NCBI GenBank assembly: GCA_029856435.1 | Contig: JAHQXB010000055.1 | Span: 1 to 24,000 of the forward strand | Length of the DNA: 24,000 nucleotides | From: Candidatus Jordarchaeia archaeon | GTDB taxonomy: Archaea > Asgardarchaeota > Jordiarchaeia > Jordiarchaeales > Jordiarchaeaceae | Reading direction: 5' to 3' | Shown: in pieces, positions 19,918-24,000 of the stretch | Layout: the number at the start of each line of letters is the position of its first letter | Numbering within the stretch: position 1 is the stretch's first letter | Made by a program: the position numbers and the translations under genes | The notes under the pieces: model-generated | What the model was told of the DNA's origin: nothing | Databases searched by the model: none | Seen by the model: the letters and a program-made list of their open reading frames with translations, nothing else

Positions 19918-19938
19918 AAATTAAATGGTGACTGAAAC

Positions 19939-20826
19939 GTGCCAAGAGTACCCCACCCTCAACAAGTAAACTTTATAAAAACTAAACACGAAAACAAGCC
20001 AATCCTAAAAGGAAGAACTGTATTCCACACCACAAAATATCTCATAATCCAGTCAACTGCAGGCCTATCGGTATACCAAATCAAAACTATGGGCAACAGA
20101 CTCATGAGAACTATAACCAGCTATATTCAACTAAGCGACGAGAACCAAACGGTAACATTGGATTTTTCCGAAATTGATCCCACAGAAAAAATCGAGATAA
20201 TTAAAAAAGCCACAAGGCACCTAAAAAAAGAAACAAGGAGCATAGTCTTCAAGTCCAAATTCGAACACATAGGTCTCGCACTATTTGAACCCCCCAACAT
20301 TAAGGTGGGAATAATTGACATCATCCCCCCACCAGCCAAACTACAAGACCAAGTCCAAAAAGCCCAAAAACAGGGGCTAATACGCAAAGAAACTAAATTC
20401 CAAATAAAAACAATAGACATTCTCAAAGAAATCCCCCCTACCACTTACCCTATAGTTTTTCCATGCAGTGCTAGCACCGGGAAAAAACTCATATTCTTAG
20501 ACGCAGATGCCCAAAAAATAACAAATCTAAACCAACCAATAACCATAATAGGCTGCCCAGTAACCTTCGAAACTATAAAAGAATTAAACCCAAAAATTCC
20601 CATGCAAAGAATAGACATATGCCCAACACACTATGCAAGAAAGGAAACCACAAAGAACGACTTCTACATAGTAAGATGCTGCCGCGCAAGCATCCAAGGC
20701 ACACAAATATACTCGCCAAAAACTAAACCAATAATAGCCCTAGAATGGGAACCTACAATGGAAAACTTCCTAGATGCCATTTATCAAGGAGCACTAATAA
20801 AAAACTATGCCAACTCCCCATTTTGA
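19939..20826 (+). CDS. Uncharacterised cysteine-containing protein, probably co-transcribed with the radical SAM gene
   Basis: 295 aa, GTG start 21 nt after the upstream stop. Cys-containing motifs 'YPIVFPCSAS', 'ITIIGCPVTF', 'RIDICPTHYARKE', 'FYIVRCCRAS'. No family recognised. Confidence 0.72.
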   Translation: MPRVPHPQQVNFIKTKHENKPILKGRTVFHTTKYLIIQSTAGLSVYQIKTMGNRLMRTITSYIQLSDENQTVTLDFSEIDPTEKIEIIKKATRHLKKETRSIVFKSKFEHIGLALFEPPNIKVGIIDIIPPPAKLQDQVQKAQKQGLIRKETKFQIKTIDILKEIPPTTYPIVFPCSASTGKKLIFLDADAQKITNLNQPITIIGCPVTFETIKELNPKIPMQRIDICPTHYARKETTKNDFYIVRCCRASIQGTQIYSPKTKPIIALEWEPTMENFLDAIYQGALIKNYANSPF

Positions 20827-20928
20827 AAATCACTGAAAGCCCTTACCTAAAATCCGAATTCTCTTTGAAAAGTTCTAGCATAGGGAACAAGGGAGGAGGG
20901 AGAGAGGGAGTAAGCATAAGATTTTTAA

Positions 20929-20952
20929 CCCCCCCTCGTTAAGGAGGGGGGG
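20929..20952. other. Perfect G/C hairpin CCCCCCCTC-gttaag-GAGGGGGGG
   Basis: 9-bp perfect stem, 6-nt loop, flanked by direct copies of GGAGGGAGAGAGGGAG(G)TAAGC at 20895-20915 and 20958-20979. Confidence 0.75.
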
Positions 20953-21102
20953 ATTTTGGAGGGAGAGAGGGAGGTAAGCTTGAATCCAGTCTTTCTACGA
21001 ACTGTAGATATTTCACGATTTATTTATAAATTTTTCCTAAAAATCATATAGAATATCGTAATTTTATAATATTTTTTAAACAATATATATTATTTATATT
21101 TT

Positions 21103-21125
21103 AGGCGCTGTCCTTCGGGATGCCT
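21103..21125 (+). other. Small UUCG-loop hairpin after an AT-rich promoter-like tract
   Basis: AGGC gctg TCC TTCG GGA t GCCT, immediately after 'aatatatattatttatatttt'. Confidence 0.25.
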
Positions 21126-21366
21126 AGGGAAGTGGAAAAATTAGGGTAATGAACGTAGTTTCAGTATTCTTTGTGAATATTTTTATTTTCATATTCTAAA
21201 TCATTATAAACGATATATTTCCGGAATTTATAGGCTCTGCCAGATTTTGTTTGATGAAGGTCAGTACCTACTCCTACCGTTTGCAAATTTTATAAAAATA
21301 TGTAATAACTAAAGGTTTGGGAAATGGAAATAAATATTTTCTGGAATTATTTTTTGGGTATGGATC

Positions 21367-23628
21367 CTACACTTTTATTTCTTTGCTTTTAGATAGAGCC
21401 ATGGGTATGATTTGTTCTTGTGTGAATTTTATGTATCCGTCTTGCTCTGATACTATTGCGTATGCTTCCTCTTTGGTGGTTACTGGCGCGAAAATGGTTT
21501 CATCTCTGTCTCTTACCACACACCATAGGTCTTTATTGGGGTAGTGTAGGAATTTTACATTTCCTTGTCTTTGGAAGTGTTTTATTACTGACTCGAAAAC
21601 TTTGAGATCGATGTTTGAGATGATTGTGGCTTTGAAGTTTCTAATGTTTAGTAGTTCTTCAAGGATTTCGGGGATGAGTTCTGGGGAAATTATGGTTATG
21701 TTTTTCTTGGTTTTTCTAATTATAGATTTGGTGTGGGCTATGATTGCCTTTTCGCCTATTAGGGGCCAAGTCTTTATGTCCTTGTCGAATATGCTGTATG
21801 ATGTTTCCCAAATTTTTTTTAGGATTTCTTCCTTCTTTTCTATATGAGTAGTGATGCTTGAGAATTTTTCGATTAGATCATGGAAGTTTTTATCGAGAAC
21901 ATCTCTGGAGTCGGTATAGTTTTTGGATATGGCGTAGGCAATTTTTTCTTCAAAGGGACCCAGCTCTTGTATGTGTGCTCCTACTTTTTGGTTTATGGTT
22001 CTGTCTAGGTTGTTGTAAAGTTCTTCAGTCATTTTATCATATTCGAAGGCGTTGGTTTGTAGCGTTTGAGCTATCTTTCTCTGGAGGTGAATTACGCTGT
22101 ACTCTAGGAGTTTTATCCTGTTTTTGATGTTATTTTTGTACGTTGAGAATAGTTCGCTTGATCCGTTTATGAATGTGGTTAGGGCTTCGCTAAAATTTTT
22201 AAAAGCGTTTTCTATGTAGTTCCCAATATCCTTTCCAAGTTGGGTACATAAGTTTTCACAGTCCTCATCGTTGTTTTTAATGACTTCTGTAACAGCGTTG
22301 GAAATTTTGGATTCTATGAGGGAGCTTATAGGTGTTATCTTCTCCCTGAATTTGTTCTGCACCTTTTTAACCTCCTCCCTCAACAGGGTGGCTTTTTCAT
22401 CCACAAAGGTGGATAGACTCTTGGTTATCTGGTCTGTAATCCCCTGCGCGGTAACTATCTGTTCTGAAACCACGCTTTGATAATCGGCGCTCAAACCCTT
22501 AGCAGTCTCGTAAATTTTCTGTGTTTTCTCATTCAAATCTTCTAGAAATGCGTCGCCTTTCAAAACTACGTTGGTGAAAGCCTTTCTACGCGATGATAGA
22601 ATAGAAGTGGAACCAGCTAAATCTTGAGAAATACTCTCCAATCCACTAATAATGCTCTTCACCCGAGGCTCAAACGAGTTTAAAGTATCTAGGTAATGGT
22701 TGAGCAAGCCAGTCATAGCCTCTAAATACTTTGCCTTAAAGGACTCCACCTTCTCCCCCACTATCTCCAAAATAATTTTAAGTATCTCAAACACATCGGA
22801 TTCCAAATGCTCAATGAAACGCTTCAAAACGTTCAAATTCTCATCCACAGTAGTCCTAATCTTACTATCCAATTCCACACTATTCTTCTCATGTTTCGAC
22901 CGGTGTTCACCCAAAGTGGTAATGAAATGTAGCTTAATTATGTCTAGACGCTCACGAATCTCCTTGGTATATGCAGAAAAGGTTTTGCTGACCAGACTCT
23001 CTAAAGACACCATATCCTGCTCTATGCCTGAAACAAACTCCGAGGTAAGATCTGAAAGACTGAAGCTCTTCTTTTCCTCAAAATGCTCTACATCACTAAA
23101 GTCAACAAAACTCGTGGAAAGCAAAGAGCGTATTGCTTCCTCCACAGAAACACTCAAATCCCTAAAAGCATCTGCACTTCTCTCAAAGTTAGAACTCATA
23201 AGTTTAGTAAATTCCTCCACAAAAGACCGAAAAGTTTCCACACGGCTGCTAGTCAAACGGGAAAGCTCCTCCACCGATAAAAGCTTACTATCTTCCAACT
23301 TTTTGCTAAGCTCTTCAAACCTAGCTCTTGCAACCTTCTGTAACTCCTCTAATAAGTGACTCAAATCCTCATAAACACTCAAAAACCCGGCCAAAAAAGG
23401 ATTCAAAGGCACAAAGCCATCCACTTCTCCCGGCACTCGGCGCACAAAACGTGATTCCACTAAACGATCCAAGATATCTTTACATACATCTACAGGTAGT
23501 CCGGTCAGAGTAGAAACATCACCCAAAGCCAAACGCCCCGCACCCAAAACAGCTAGGTAAGCTTTAATCTCGTCATCTGTCAAGTCAAAATTTTTCATAA
23601 AATGCAAAATAGCCTCATTGACACCCAT
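21367..23628 (-). CDS. TrmB-like N-terminal winged helix fused to a very long coiled coil and a C-terminal PLD-like/TrmB effector-like domain
   Basis: 753 aa; 'FDLTDDEIKAYLAVLGAGRLALGDVSTLTGLPVDVCKDILDRLVESRFVRRVPGEVDGFVPLNP' (TrmB-type wHTH); long heptad-like helical middle; C-term 'KSIIRKTKKNITIISPELIPEILEELLNIRNFKATIISNIDLKVFESVIKHFQRQGNVKFLHYPNKDLWCVVRDRDETIFAPV'. Confidence 0.78.
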   Translation of the reverse strand: MGVNEAILHFMKNFDLTDDEIKAYLAVLGAGRLALGDVSTLTGLPVDVCKDILDRLVESRFVRRVPGEVDGFVPLNPFLAGFLSVYEDLSHLLEELQKVARARFEELSKKLEDSKLLSVEELSRLTSSRVETFRSFVEEFTKLMSSNFERSADAFRDLSVSVEEAIRSLLSTSFVDFSDVEHFEEKKSFSLSDLTSEFVSGIEQDMVSLESLVSKTFSAYTKEIRERLDIIKLHFITTLGEHRSKHEKNSVELDSKIRTTVDENLNVLKRFIEHLESDVFEILKIILEIVGEKVESFKAKYLEAMTGLLNHYLDTLNSFEPRVKSIISGLESISQDLAGSTSILSSRRKAFTNVVLKGDAFLEDLNEKTQKIYETAKGLSADYQSVVSEQIVTAQGITDQITKSLSTFVDEKATLLREEVKKVQNKFREKITPISSLIESKISNAVTEVIKNNDEDCENLCTQLGKDIGNYIENAFKNFSEALTTFINGSSELFSTYKNNIKNRIKLLEYSVIHLQRKIAQTLQTNAFEYDKMTEELYNNLDRTINQKVGAHIQELGPFEEKIAYAISKNYTDSRDVLDKNFHDLIEKFSSITTHIEKKEEILKKIWETSYSIFDKDIKTWPLIGEKAIIAHTKSIIRKTKKNITIISPELIPEILEELLNIRNFKATIISNIDLKVFESVIKHFQRQGNVKFLHYPNKDLWCVVRDRDETIFAPVTTKEEAYAIVSEQDGYIKFTQEQIIPMALSKSKEIKV

Positions 23629-23773
23629 AAAGAGACCCCAGCGAGGTATTCAAATCAAAAAAAACAGTCAAATTATATAATTCTTTTGAAAAACAACAGA
23701 ACCAAACAATTGTCAAAAATATCCAGAAGTTCAAAAAGACTCAAGGAAATGCTCTAGCCAGGTTAAAAATCGC

Positions 23774-23805
23774 TTTCCCCCACCACAAGCAACAGGAGGG
23801 GGAAA
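23774..23805. other. Inverted repeat TTTCCCCCaCC ... GGaGGGGGAAA
   Basis: 11-position stem with one A/A mismatch, about 10-nt loop, upstream of the 753-aa gene. Confidence 0.6.
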
Positions 23806-23898
23806 ACAGTCACCGGTAATAACCCTGAAAACTAGGGGAGGCTTCATCGCCAACATAACAAAAATGCTGGGAGAGGGGAGATAAAACATAGGGGAGTC

Positions 23899-23926
23899 CC
23901 TGGCTCGAACATGAGTTCGAGCCCGG
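23899..23926. other. Inverted repeat CCTGGCTCGAAC-atga-GTTCGAGCCCGG
   Basis: 12-position stem with one mismatch; the inner 9 bp is perfect with a 4-nt loop. Confidence 0.7.
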
Positions 23927-24000
23927 AGGGCGTGAAATTGGGAGGAGGGGAAGTCATGCACATTTCCGTTGGCTCCGCCTTTTTTTACCATTCAATCTCT

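Noticed and set aside
22700-23359. 219-aa plus-strand ORF opposite the 753-aa gene
   Set aside because: The serine/lysine-rich translation is a mirror of the coiled-coil Lys/Glu/Leu codons on the minus strand. The minus-strand gene has recognisable domains, so this is antisense noise.
23731-23991. 86-aa minus-strand ORF at the window end
   Set aside because: It runs through G/C hairpins and purine tracts with low-complexity translation, so it is unlikely to be coding.

Overview
The window looks archaeal. It encodes archaeal-type ABCE1/Rli1 and fructose-1,6-bisphosphate aldolase/phosphatase, it has TATA/BRE-like promoters, and Bathyarchaeia/Thermoproteota-like affiliation is an inference only. 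From left to right it contains: (1) a likely operon of nitroreductase, two small proteins and an SCP2-domain protein; (2) a UbiA-family prenyltransferase; (3) a 977-aa membrane-anchored HerA/VirB4/TraG-like P-loop ATPase; (4) a central carbon cluster of pgk, bacterial-type (class I) GAPDH and fbp, interspersed with a conserved hypothetical and an SCP2-like protein; (5) an ORC/Cdc6-like AAA+ ATPase with a C-terminal winged helix, preceded by TTTACATA iterations; (6) ABCE1/Rli1 with an apparent Cys-to-Thr change in a Fe-S motif; (7) a lipoate module of an LplA-like ligase, two radical SAM proteins resembling archaeal LipS1/LipS2, and a downstream uncharacterised cysteine-containing protein; (8) a 753-aa TrmB-like HTH, coiled-coil and PLD-like protein flanked by strong G/C hairpins. 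The most interesting leads are the lipoate locus with its unassigned partner, a possible structured RNA at 6528-6651, the giant coiled-coil HTH protein, the membrane ATPase, and kilobase-scale switches between GT-rich and AC-rich composition that occur inside genes.
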